Shown piece by piece: positions 51,901 to 63,746 of a DNA stretch of 64,000 bases. Position numbers and translations under genes: made by a program. The notes under the pieces are model-generated. The model was not told where the DNA came from. It saw only the letters and a list, made by a program, of their open reading frames with translations, and made no database searches. The stretch covers positions 39,308,001-39,372,000 of the forward strand of contig OZ024750.1 of the NCBI GenBank assembly GCA_964016885.1, in the 5' to 3' direction. The stretch is from Eledone cirrhosa. Its lineage: Eukaryota. The number at the start of each line of letters is the position of its first letter. The first letter of the stretch is position 1.

Positions 51901-53207
51901 CGGTCACCAAACCTAACTTGCCTCTAACTGGGACAAACCGATCTAACCCATGCTAGTGTGGAAGATAGACATTAATCAGTGATGCTGCTGCTGATGGTAT
52001 ATATAGAGTAATGTAAATGTTATGTGGTAAAGACTTTACTGTGAAAATACAATAGTATATATAGAGTAATGTAAATGTTATGTGAGATATTATGTGAGGT
52101 AAAGACTTTACTGTGAAAATACAATATTATATATAGAGTAATGTCAATGTTGTGCGAGATATTATGTGAGGTTTAAAGCCTTTACTGTGAAAATACAATA
52201 TTATATATAGAGTAATGTAAATGTTATGTGAGATATTATGTAAGGTAAAGCCTTTACTGTGAAAATACAATAGTATATATATAGAGTAATGTAAATGGTA
52301 TGAGATATTATGTAAGGTAAAGCCTTTACTGTGAAAATACAATAGTATATATAGAGTAATGTAAATGTTATGTGAGATATTATGTAAGGTAAAGCATTTA
52401 CTGTGAAAATACAATAGTATATATAGAGAGTAATGTAAATGGTATGAGATATTATGTGAGGTAAAGCATTTACTGTGAAAATACAATAGTATATATAGAG
52501 TAATGTAGATGTTATGTGAGATATTATGTAAGGTAAAGCATTTACTGTGAAAATACAATAGTATATATATAGAGTAAAGTAAATGGTATGAGATATTATG
52601 TGAGGTAAAGCATTTACTGTGAAAATACAATAGTATATATAGAGTAATGTAGATGTTATGTGAGATATTATGTGAAGTAAAGCCTTTACTGTGAAAATAC
52701 AATAGTATATATAGAGTAATGTAAATGTTATGTGAGATATTATGTGAAGTAAAGCCTTTACTGTGAAAATACAATAGTATATATAGAGTAATGTAAATGC
52801 TATGTGAGGTAAAGCCTTTACTGTGAAAATACAATATTATATATAGAGTAATGTAAATGTTGTGTGAGATATTATGTGAGGTTTAAAGCCTTTACTGTGA
52901 AAATACAATATTATATATAGAGTAATGTAAATGGTATGAGATATTATGTAAGGTAAAGCCTTTACTGTGAAAATACAATAGTATATATATAGAGTAATGT
53001 AAATGGTATGAGATATTATGTAAGGTAAAGCCTTTACTGTGAAAATAAAATAGTATATATAGAGTAATGTAGATGTTATGTGAGATATTATGTGAGGTTT
53101 AAAGCCTTTACTGTGAAAATACAATATTATATATAGAGTAATGTAAATGGTATGAGATATTATGTGGGTTAGTATATATAATGTAAATGTTATGTGAGAT
53201 ATTATTA

Positions 53208-54199
53208 TCTATAAAAGGCAGATTGTTGTGTGTGTGTGTGTGCATGTTCCATGTTTATACATTTGCACAATTTCAAACCGATTCGACTCAGTCTGTAAGT
53301 ATGTTGGAAATGGTCTAACTTAGGTCAACGACTATTTATTTCATTCAAACTCACCCACAATTACAGAAATAATCGATAAAACTAAATACATTACGCTTTA
53401 CCCCTCTAATACAATCTGATTTACTCTCTACTTCCCTTAAAATTCGATAAAACTACATACATGCTGCAACTTTCTATGATATACGATTAAACTTACAAAC
53501 TTTGAGAGAGAGAGAACGTTTGTTTTTGAGTGTGGAACGGTCAAACATTTATTTACTTCAATGACAAAGAGAACTTATTACATTTCATACGAAACAACAA
53601 TTATTCAAAAGCAACAGATAAATTTATTCAACAACAAAAAAAATAGTGATAAATCTTTTTTAAAACATTTATCAACGAACGTGGAAGAAAGAAGTATCAG
53701 TTCATCTACTATACACAATAATATCCTCTATGAGATCACTAAACCTGCTAGAAACAGCAGCTAACTCTCCCCCATATCACACCCCTCCCTACTGTCTTAA
53801 ATTTAGAAAACATATCCTCTATGAGGTCACTAAACCTGCTAGAAACAGCAGCTAACTCTCCCCCATATCACACCCCTCCCTACTGTCTTAAATTTAGAAA
53901 ACACATTAGACAACCATGCAGAACAACTCCATCGCAGCTCTGTTGTTCAGCTGGCATCGTCTACGCGCGTGTTGCGCAAGTACTGTGAAACAATAAATTT
54001 CAACACTTCTTTGCACAGAGATAATATCCATAGTCGAAACTACAATTGTCACTGCTGACGCAGCTCCTCCTTCAGCAGTCCAGGTCTCCAATTCATTCAC
54101 CCAGTGCCTGGCAGACAAAAAAGTGCTGCAATAAAATGGGTGGTGCAACCTAACTTTGGTAACTTAGTGACCCCGAGCAACGCCGGGCTTTAATGCTAG
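53208..54199 (+). mobile_element. Non-autonomous Helitron-like element inserted in the 60-bp satellite
   Basis: a|TCTATAAAAG start; CCCGAGCAACGCCGGG-N8-CTAG|t end; host satellite resumes in register with no clear target duplication. Confidence 0.72.
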
Positions 54200-54660
54200 T
54201 GTAAGATAAATCCTTTACCGTGAAAATACAATAGTATATATAGAGTAATGTAAATGTTATGTGAGATATGTGAGGTAAAGCCTTTACTGTGAAAATACAA
54301 CAGTATAATAGAGTAATGTAAATGTTATGTGAGATATTATGTGAGGTAAAGCCTTTACTGTGAAAATACAACAGTATAGATAGAGTAATGTAAATGTTAT
54401 GTGAGATATTATGTGAGGTAAAGCCTTTACTGTGAAAATACAATAGTATATATAGAGTAATGTAAATGTTATGCAAGATATTATGTGAAGTAAAGCCTTT
54501 ACTGTGAAAATACAATAGTATATATAGAGTAATGTGAATATTAAAGGGTTAAAGAAAATATTGTGGATAGTGTGTAAAAGATGGGAAATAATTGTTTGTT
54601 GTTTTTTTAAAGCCACATTTTCTATTTGATAATAACTTGTCTTAATTCTGTTTTATGCAG

Positions 54661-54789
54661 GCTGCATTAGATGTCCTGCAAATGGTAGTACGAGGAAGTA
54701 AATCACCATTGAGTGATGCCTTAGTCCAGGAAGCCTTCCCTGCTTCAGTAAAATGTATATTACACACAGATGATAATTCTACTATGCAA
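54661..54789 (+). CDS. IPO9: Importin-9 exon 17 (after a 14.6-kb intron)
   Basis: AALDVLQMVVRGSKSPLSDALVQEAFPASVKCILHTDDNSTMQ; cag/gtaaga; phase 0-0. Confidence 0.93.
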
Positions 54790-55064
54790 GTAAGAAAACT
54801 GTTGCAGCTTTTTTTCTTCATTGCTTTTCTTATATACACTGACCTCATATAGACCAGCTGGAGTCATATCTTATATACACTGACCTCATATAGACCAGCT
54901 GGAGTCATATCTTATATACACTGTCCTCATATAGACCAGCTGGGGGTCACATCTTATATACACTGTCCTCATATAGACCAGCTGGGGTCATATCTTATAT
55001 ATACTGTCCTCTTCGGGAGACCAGCTGGGGTCACATCTTATATACACTGTCCTCAGAGATATCA

Positions 55065-55400
55065 CCATTTTACATCTTTACCATGTTTGCATGGGTTGGC
55101 CAGGTCTTCTCCAACACAGCTCCGTTGCATTCCTTCTGAGGTTCAGCATATTTCTAGATCAGTTCTCATCAGCTCCTCCTAGATTTTCCTCTGTCTTCTA
55201 CTGGGAGCTACCAATTTTTCACCTAATAATTATCCATGTGCATCACATGTCTATACCAGTGCAGCCCTCTCTCCTATACCCTACATCTAATTCCTCTTTT
55301 GTCAAGATATTCTCTCAGCTCTTCCATGCTACATCGTTCACTTCGCATATTATATATATCCATTGGAGTATACTTGCTTCATTTCTTTGCAACCTTCACA
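55065..55400 (-). mobile_element. Decayed RTE-like LINE 3' end (similar remnant about 45120-45305)
   Basis: 3' tail similar to SINE family B (ACCCATGCAAACATGG...GATGTAAAATG) attached to degenerate LINE-like sequence. Confidence 0.5.
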
Positions 55401-56345
55401 TGTCCCCTCCACCCACTACCCATGTCCCCTCCACCCACTACCCATGTCCCCTCCACCCACTACCCATGTGCCCTCCACCCACTACCCATGTCCTCTCCAC
55501 CCACTACCCATGTCCCCTCCACCCACTACCCATGTGCCCTCCACCCCACTACCCATGTCCCCTCCACCCACTACCCATGTGCCCTCCACCCACTACCCAT
55601 GTCCCCTCCACCCACTACCCATGTGCCCTCCACCCACTACCCATGTCCTCACCACCCACTACCCAGGTCCCCCCTCCACCCACTACCCATGTCCCCCTCC
55701 ACCCACTACCCAGGTCCCCTCCACCCACAACCATGTCCCCCTCCACCCACTACCCATGTTCCCTCCACCCACTACCCAGGTCCCCTCCACCCACAACCCA
55801 TGTCCCCTCCACCCACTACCCATGTGCCCTCCACCCACTACCCATGTCCCCTCCGACCCACTACCCATGTGCCCTCCACCCACTACCCATGTCCTCACCA
55901 CCCACTACCCAGGTCCCCTCCACCCACAACCCATGTCCCCTCCACCCACTACCCATGTGCCCTCCACCCACTACCCATGTCCCCTCCACCCACTACCCAT
56001 GTGCCCTCCACCCCCACTACCCATGTCCTCACCACCCACTACCAGGTCCCCTCCACCCACAACCCATGTCCTCTCCACCCACTACCCATGTGCCCTCCAC
56101 CCACTACCCATGTGCCCTCCACCCACTACCCATGTCCTCACCACCCACTACCCATGTGCCCTCCACCCACTACCCATGTGCCCTCCACCCACTACCCATG
56201 TCCTCTCCACCCACTACCCATGTCCTCTCCACCCACTACCCATGTCCTCTCCACCCACTACCCATGTCCTCTCCCACTACCCATGTCCTCTCCACCCACT
56301 ACCCATGTCCTCACCACCCACTACCCAGGTCCCCTCCACCCACAA
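55398..56345. repeat. About 23-bp C-rich minisatellite running into the assembly gap
   Basis: CCATGTCCCCTCCACCCACTAC-type units. Confidence 0.9.
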
Positions 56346-56545
56346 NNNNNNNNNNNNNNNNNNNNNNNNNNNNNNNNNNNNNNNNNNNNNNNNNNNNNNN
56401 NNNNNNNNNNNNNNNNNNNNNNNNNNNNNNNNNNNNNNNNNNNNNNNNNNNNNNNNNNNNNNNNNNNNNNNNNNNNNNNNNNNNNNNNNNNNNNNNNNNN
56501 NNNNNNNNNNNNNNNNNNNNNNNNNNNNNNNNNNNNNNNNNNNNN
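56346..56545. other. Assembly gap (200 N)
   Basis: Run of N. Confidence 0.99.
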
Positions 56546-58031
56546 CATTTTGCAGTGGAATGATAGGACCCCAGTCCTGTCATCTCATTTCTATAGCTGA
56601 GTAAACTGGAGCAATGTGAAATAAAGTGTCTTGCTCAAGGAAACAACACATCACCCGGTCTGAGAGTTGAACTCACAACCTTTCGATTGCAAGGCCAATG
56701 CTCTAACCATTAAGCCATGTAATAATACAATGTTTACAAACATTACCAGTTATACAGGTAGATAGATCTGAACCAATTTTTTGTTATATCTTAACTCTTA
56801 CCTATTACTCATCTTTTAAGAAATTCTCTAAAATAACCCCCAAACTTGATATACATCATGATATTTACACATGTGTGTTAGAAGGGCATCCATCTGTAGA
56901 CACCAACTAAGCTATGTGCCTCCATGTTTATATTGAGAATAACAGTTAGAGAAAATGTTTATACTTTAAACTTTACCATTAAACCGGCCATATCCGGCCA
57001 GAATTCTCTCACCTTCTTTCTGTTCAAACCAGCTGTACTGGCTGCTCATACTGATGTTAAGGTATTTTTCTCAAATAAATATCAAAATCTCATAGATTCA
57101 ATATTATGTGTGCTAATTATGTGAGGTAAATACTTTACCATGAAAATCATCATCATCATCATCATCAACGTTTAACGTCCGTGTTCCACGCTTGCATGGG
57201 TTTGGACGGGGGTAGTCCCACTTGAGGCAAGAGTGATTGTCTTGCTCGCATAGGACTGTCTGGCAGGTTTTCTACAGTTGGATGCCCTTCCTAACACCAA
57301 CCACATTTACAGTATAATTGTAAATATAAAGTAATGTAATTGTAAATATAATTGTAAATATAAAGTAATGTAAATGTTATAGGGTTAAATTTAAATTGTT
57401 TTATTTTATGAGTATATATGGTAGTTACATTGTATTTAAATTATACCTGGGTAAACTTGCCCTTCAACCAGACAAGGTCATTAATATATGTACCAGTCAT
57501 TTATTGGGACAATAATAAAAAAGACAGTCTATTATTTTCAAATAATTCTGAAAATAATCAAGAATTTGAAGTGATTTAGTAAATAACTTTCTTGTTATTA
57601 AGGTGGTATTTGGAACATAACTTAACAAAGTTTCTCATAAATGAGGGAAGGTTTTTTAAACACTTTAAAACAAAAATTACATATAACAGTTTCTGATTTA
57701 GGTACAAGGCCAACAGTTTGGTGGAGGGGAAGTTGATTAAATCGACCCCAGTGTATTACTGGTGTTTTATTTTACCGACCTCCCCCATAAGGATGAAAGG
57801 TAAAGTTACCCTTGGTGGGATTTGAACTAAGAACTAAAGGGACATAACTCTGCTGCATAGCATTGCATCTGACCCTCTACCAATACTGCCAATCTAAAGA
57901 CTTTTATAACAGAAATTAGGGTGATTTGTCATCAAAAGGGTTAATTAGACTGTCCCTTCCTTTAAAATTTGTTTCTTTGTTAAAAATCACTAGAAATTAA
58001 ATTTTTGTTTTTTGTTTCATTCCTAATTCAG

Positions 58032-58234
58032 GTAAAAATGGTTTGTTCTACATCGTCCAGGTGATAGCCAAATTACTTGACCCTAAGACTCCCGAATTTA
58101 CAGCTACATTTGTGGGCAAACTAGTATCAGTGGTTATCAGCAAAGTTGGTGGTCAGCTTGGAGAAGATCTCGACTTGATGCTTAGGTCTGTCTTGAGCAA
58201 AATGCAACGTTCAGAAACATTATCAGTTATACAG
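58032..58234 (+). CDS. IPO9: Importin-9 exon 19 (exon 18 not seen)
   Basis: (G)[39 protein letters not shown]...[14 protein letters not shown]; begins phase 1; first donor CAG|gtaata at 58235. Confidence 0.9.
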
Positions 58235-60577
58235 GTAATAATGCAATGTTTACAAACATTATCAGTTATACAGGTAATAATGCAATGTTTACAAACATTA
58301 TCAGTTATACAGGTAATAATGCAATGTTTACATACATTATCAGTTATACAGGTAATAATGCAATGTTTACAAACATTATCAGTTATACAGGTAATAATGC
58401 AATGTTTACAAACATTATCAGTTATACAGGTAATAATGCAATGTTTACAAACATTATCAGTTATACAGGTAATGCAATGTTTACAAACATTATCAGTTAT
58501 ACAGGTAATGCAATGTTTACAAACATTATCAGTTATACAGGTAATGCAATGTTTACAAACATTATCAGTTATACAGGTAATGCAATGTTTACAAACATTA
58601 TCAGTTATACAGGTAATGCAATGTTTACAAACATTATCAGTTATACAGGTAATGCAATGTTTACAAACATTATCAGTTATACAGGTAATGCAATGTTTAC
58701 AAACATTATCAGTTATACAGGTAATGCAATGTTTACAAACATTATCAGTTATACAGGTAATAATGCAATGTTTACAAACATTATCAGTTATACAGGTAAT
58801 GCAATGTTTACAAACATTATCAGTTATACAGGTAATGCAATGTTTACAAACATTATCAGTTATACAGGTAATAATGCAATGTTTACAAACATTATCAGTT
58901 ATACAGGTAATAATGCAATGTTTACAAACATTATCAGTTATACAGGTAATAATGCAATGTTTACAAACATTATCAGTTATACAGGTAATAATGCAATGTT
59001 TACAAACATTATGCAATGTTTACAAACATTATCAGTTATACAGGTAATGCAATGTTTACAAACATTATCAGTTATACAGGTAATGCAATGTTTACAAACA
59101 TTATCAGTTATACAGGTAATGCAATGTTTACAAACATTATCAGTTATACAGGTAATGCAATGTTTACAAACATTATCAGTTATACAGGTAATAATGCAAT
59201 GTTTACAAACATTATGCAATGTTTACAAACATTATCAGTTATACAGGTAATGCAATGTTTACAAACATTATCAGTTATACAGGTAATGCAATGTTTACAA
59301 ACATTATCAGTTATACAGGTAATGCAATGTTTACAAACATTATCAGTTATACAGGTAATGCAACATTTTCAAACATTATCAGTTATACAAGTAATAATGC
59401 AATGTTTACAAACATTATCAGTTATACAGGTAATAATGCAATGTTTACAAACATTATCAGTTATACAGATAATGCAATGTTTACAAACATTATCAGTTAT
59501 ACAGGTAATAATGCAATGTTTACAAACATTATCAGTTATACAGGTAATGCAATGTTTACAAACATCAGTTATACAGCTAATGCAATGTTTACAAACATTA
59601 TCAGTTATACAGGTAATAATGCAATGTTTACAAACATTATCAGTTATACAGGTAATAATGCAATGTTTACAAACATTATCAGTTATACAGGTAATGCAAT
59701 GTTTACAAACATTATCAGTTATACAGGTAATAATGCAATGTTTACAAACATTATCAGTTATACAGGTAATAATGCAATGTTTACAAACATTATCAGTTAT
59801 ACAGGTAATGCAATGTTTACAAACATTATCAGTTATACAGGTAATGCAATGTTTACAAACATCAGTTATACAGGTAATAATGCAATGTTTACAAACATTA
59901 TCAGTTATACAGGTAATGCAATGTTTACAAACATCAGTTATACAGGTAATGCAATGTTTACAAACATTATCAGTTATACAGGTAATAATGCAATGTTTAC
60001 AAACATTATCAGTTATACAGGTAATGCAATGTTTACAAACATCAGTTATACAGGTAATGCAATGTTTACAAACATTATCAGTTATACAGGTAATAATGCA
60101 ATGTTTACAAACATTATCAGTTATACAGGTAATAATGCAATATTTACAAACATTACCAGTTATCATCATCATCATTTTACGTCTGCTTTTCCCTGCTTGC
60201 AAGGGTGGGACGGGAACTGATTCTGGCTTGATTTCTACAGCTGGATGCCCTTCCTCACACCAACCGCATTTACAGTGTGTGTTGAGTGCTTTTTTTTTTG
60301 TGGCTCCTCCACGTCCACTTTACAGTGTGGGCTGGGTGCTTTTTTGCCATGGCACCTCCACGACCATTTTACAGTAGAATGATATGGACCCCAATCCTAT
60401 CATCTCATTTCTACAGCTGAGTAAACTGGAGCAATGTGAAATAAAGTGTCTTGCTCAAGGAAACAACACATCACCTGGTCTGAGAGTTGAACTCACAACC
60501 TTTCGATTGCAAGGCCAATGCTCTAACCATTAAGCCATGTAATAATGCAATGTTTACAAACATTATCAGTTATACAG
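58202..60577 (+). repeat. 36/39-bp exon-derived tandem array, about 50 copies, interrupted by a SINE at 60162-60540
   Basis: Unit ATGCAATGTTTACAAACATTATCAGTTATACAG-GTA(ATA); the first copy is the 3' end of IPO9 exon 19. Confidence 0.93.
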
Positions 60578-61608
60578 GTAGATAGATCTGAACCAATTTT
60601 TTGTTATATCTTAACTCTTACCTATTACTCATCTTTTAAGAAATTCTCTAAAATAACCCCCAAACTTGATATACATCATGATATTTACACGTGTGTTAGA
60701 AGGGCATCCATCTGTAGACACCAAGACAAAAGACAGATATGTATGAGCATGACATGGTCTCCAGACCATGTCATGCTCATAACGACTGCCTGTCTAACCC
60801 ATGCAAGTGTGGAAAAATAAACATTAAATGATGATCAGATACATATATGGAGGCACATGGCTTAGTGGTTAGAACATTGGCCTTGCAATCGAAAGGTTGT
60901 GAGTTCAATTCTCAGACCGGGTGATGTGTTGTTTCCTTGAGCAAGACACTTTATTTCACATTGCTCCAGTTTTTTCACATTGCTCCACATTTACAGTGTA
61001 GACTGGGTACTATTTGTTGCGTCACCAACACAACCACTTTACAGTGTAGACTGGGTACTTTTTGTCGTGTCACCAACACAACCACTTTACAGTGTAGACT
61101 GGGTACTTTTTGTTGTCACCAACACAACCACTTTACAGTGTAGACTGGGTACTATTTGTTGTCACCAACACAACCACTTTACAGTGTAGACTGGGTACTT
61201 TTTGTCATGTCACCAACACAACCACATTTACAGTGAAGACTGGGTACTTTTTCTCGTGTCACCAACACAACCACTTTACATTGTAGACTGGGTACTTTTT
61301 GTCGTGTCACCAACACAACCACTTTACAGTGTAGACTGGGTACTATTTGTTGCGTCACCAACACAACCACTTTACAGTGTAGACTGGGTACTTTTTGTCC
61401 TGTCACCAACACAACCACTTTACAGTGTAGACTGGGTACTTTTTGTCGTGTCACCAACACAACCACTTTACAGTGTAGACTGGGTACTTTTTGTCATGTC
61501 ACCGACACAACCACTTTACATTGTAGACTGGGTACTTTTTGTCGTGTCACCGACACAACCATTTCTGTCATCTAGTATCTTATTGTATCTTATTTTATGT
61601 TATTTCAG

Positions 61609-61775
61609 AGTTTGGTGATGATCTTTGCACATCTCACCCACACCCAAATGGAGGCCTTATTGGCATTTCTTTCCAACGTACCTGGTCCAACAGGTAAACC
61701 AGCATTACATTTTGTTCTTACTGAATGGTGTTCACGTCAGCATCTGTTCTATGGTGCCTATGAGAACAAAGTCAG
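61609..61775 (+). CDS. IPO9: Importin-9 exon 20; gene continues beyond window
   Basis: [55 protein letters not shown]; cag/gtgagt. Confidence 0.95.
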
Positions 61776-62444
61776 GTGAGTTGATTACAACAGTAGTATT
61801 AGTTGTTATTGTCGTTGTCGTATATATATATAATTCAGCCCACATAATAATATCGATTGCCTGCTTCAACTGCCTGACCCTGCAAATAACATTCTGACGC
61901 ACTCTAATCCTGTATAAATAAGACATGCGTGCATGCTACACGTGAGATTGTTTCATACACCGACTACTCTAAACTTTCCTCTTGCTTTATCTTCATAGAC
62001 TGCCAGCGCTTCATTTTTATTTTCATTTTTATTTTTATTTTTATCCTGTAACCTTTATATGTAAATTGCCATGCTATATCATTTTGATGGATGTCATCCC
62101 ACTGTGGATCAATATATACATATGTTTTATATGTCTCTTGTGTTGAAAAGGAGGTCAAGTATGTTATAGATCACTAAATAGTTGCTCCGAAGAATCCAAA
62201 CCTCGGTTTGGAGGAAACAATTGTAAGCAAATAAATGATTTAAACTGAACTTTGATTATTGTAATCTCTATATAACTGCTCTGTAAAACAACCGATGTTA
62301 TTATATTGAGCTATTTATCTTACTGGTAATAAGATAGTAATTAATGACTATCTTTCACTATTTAAGGTTTGTATAAAAAAAAAAAAAAAAATATATTACC
62401 ATAAAAGGTTTTATTACATACATAACCATAAATAGTATCCTTAA

Positions 62445-62488
<44 letters not shown>

Positions 62489-62736
62489 ATGCATGTGTAC
62501 ATACACCTGCACACTCATGGAATGCACCCCACACGCACACACACACATAACAGCAACAATAATTGGCCTGGGCTCTCTACCTTGGCCCTCTCTCCTGCCC
62601 ACCTCACACATCCTAATAAAACCTTTTTTCTCTCTCATCTTCCTCTCCAACCTTCTAAACTCTTTCTACAAAATTTTCTTAGCCCTGATGAAGGGCTAAC
62701 ATCCAAAACGTTTCCCTTTTTTTATCAAAAAAATGA

Positions 62737-63322
62737 GGCATTGCTGACGGCACCCAGAACCATGACAGTGACGGGAAATATGGTGGACATGACCGTTGGA
62801 ACCTCATTTGGGTCTCTTCATAACCATCTATCGTCCTTCAGTTTACCTTTTGTCCTGATCAAAGTTTTTCTCACCAGAAAAGACCCAAAGTATTCCAGCT
62901 TGTTGATGTTTTATCTTATTCAGTAAACATTTTGTATGGACCAAATGATTTTGTCACATCTGACATAAATGGCCTCTCCACATCTCATAAGACTTATATC
63001 GCATGTCTTCATGGACAATTCTTCTGATGGTGCATTCTGAAACCTTAATATTCTCTGTATTGGCTCTGATTGACTTTCCTGGGGTTTGATCGATTAATTT
63101 TTAAACTTTATTTTACAAACTTCAGTGTTCTGATTATATTAGGAATTTGCGCTTGGCTGCTGATGTTGGATCCCATCAGCAGCTTCCAGATCTTTTCTAA
63201 CTTTGACAATAAAGGATCAGACAACTTCCAAGAAGGAAGTTATCTCTGTATCACTATGCTGTGTTTCTATGGCAACAATTCCAGTGTGTCTTTTCATTTG
63301 CTGTCAATTTAATGTCTGGCAT
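62737..63322 (-). pseudogene. Decayed Tc1/mariner-superfamily transposase fragment
   Basis: Interrupted translation includes VSECTIRRIVHEDMRYKSY (HTH), LWVFSGEKNFDQD (first catalytic FSDEK motif, mutated), DRWL and PTVMSTIFPVTVMVLGAVSN; several frameshifts and stops. Confidence 0.72.
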
Positions 63323-63746
63323 TATTTATCTGAAAAAACAAATTAGTAATAAGAAAGTTAGATGTGTCCTCGAAAACCTCCATATCATCATCGTCATCAT
63401 CTTCATTTTACGTCCGCTTTTCCCTGCTTGCAAGGGTGGGACAGGAAGTGATTCTAGCTTGATTTCTACAGCCGGATGCCCTTCCTAACACCAACCTAAT
63501 TTACAGTGAGTGCTGGGTGCTTTTTTGCCGTGGCACCTCCACGACCACTTTGCAGTGGAATGATAGGGACCCCAGTCCCTATCATCTCATTTCTACAGCT
63601 GAGTAAACTGGAGCAATGTGAAATAAAGTGTCTTGCTCAAGGAAACAGCACATCACCCGGTCTGAGAATTGACCTCACAACCTTTCGATTGCAAGCCACT
63701 AAGCCATGTATATATATATAATGTATGTATATATATATATATATAT

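Noticed and set aside
55091-56604. 400-490 aa Pro/His/Thr-rich extensin- or mucin-like ORFs
   Set aside because: Products of a C-rich 23-bp minisatellite, open in all three frames and running through Ns.
58153-60202. Cys-rich ([12 protein letters not shown])n ORFs on the - strand resembling metal-binding repeats
   Set aside because: Antisense reading of the exon-derived array; no independent promoter, splice or homology evidence.
62680-62716. CTGATGAAGGGCTAACATCCAAAACG as a hammerhead ribozyme
   Set aside because: GAAA is replaced by AAAA and stems I/III are not evident; at most a dead remnant. CTGACGAAGG at about 864 and 9402 also lacks the downstream core.
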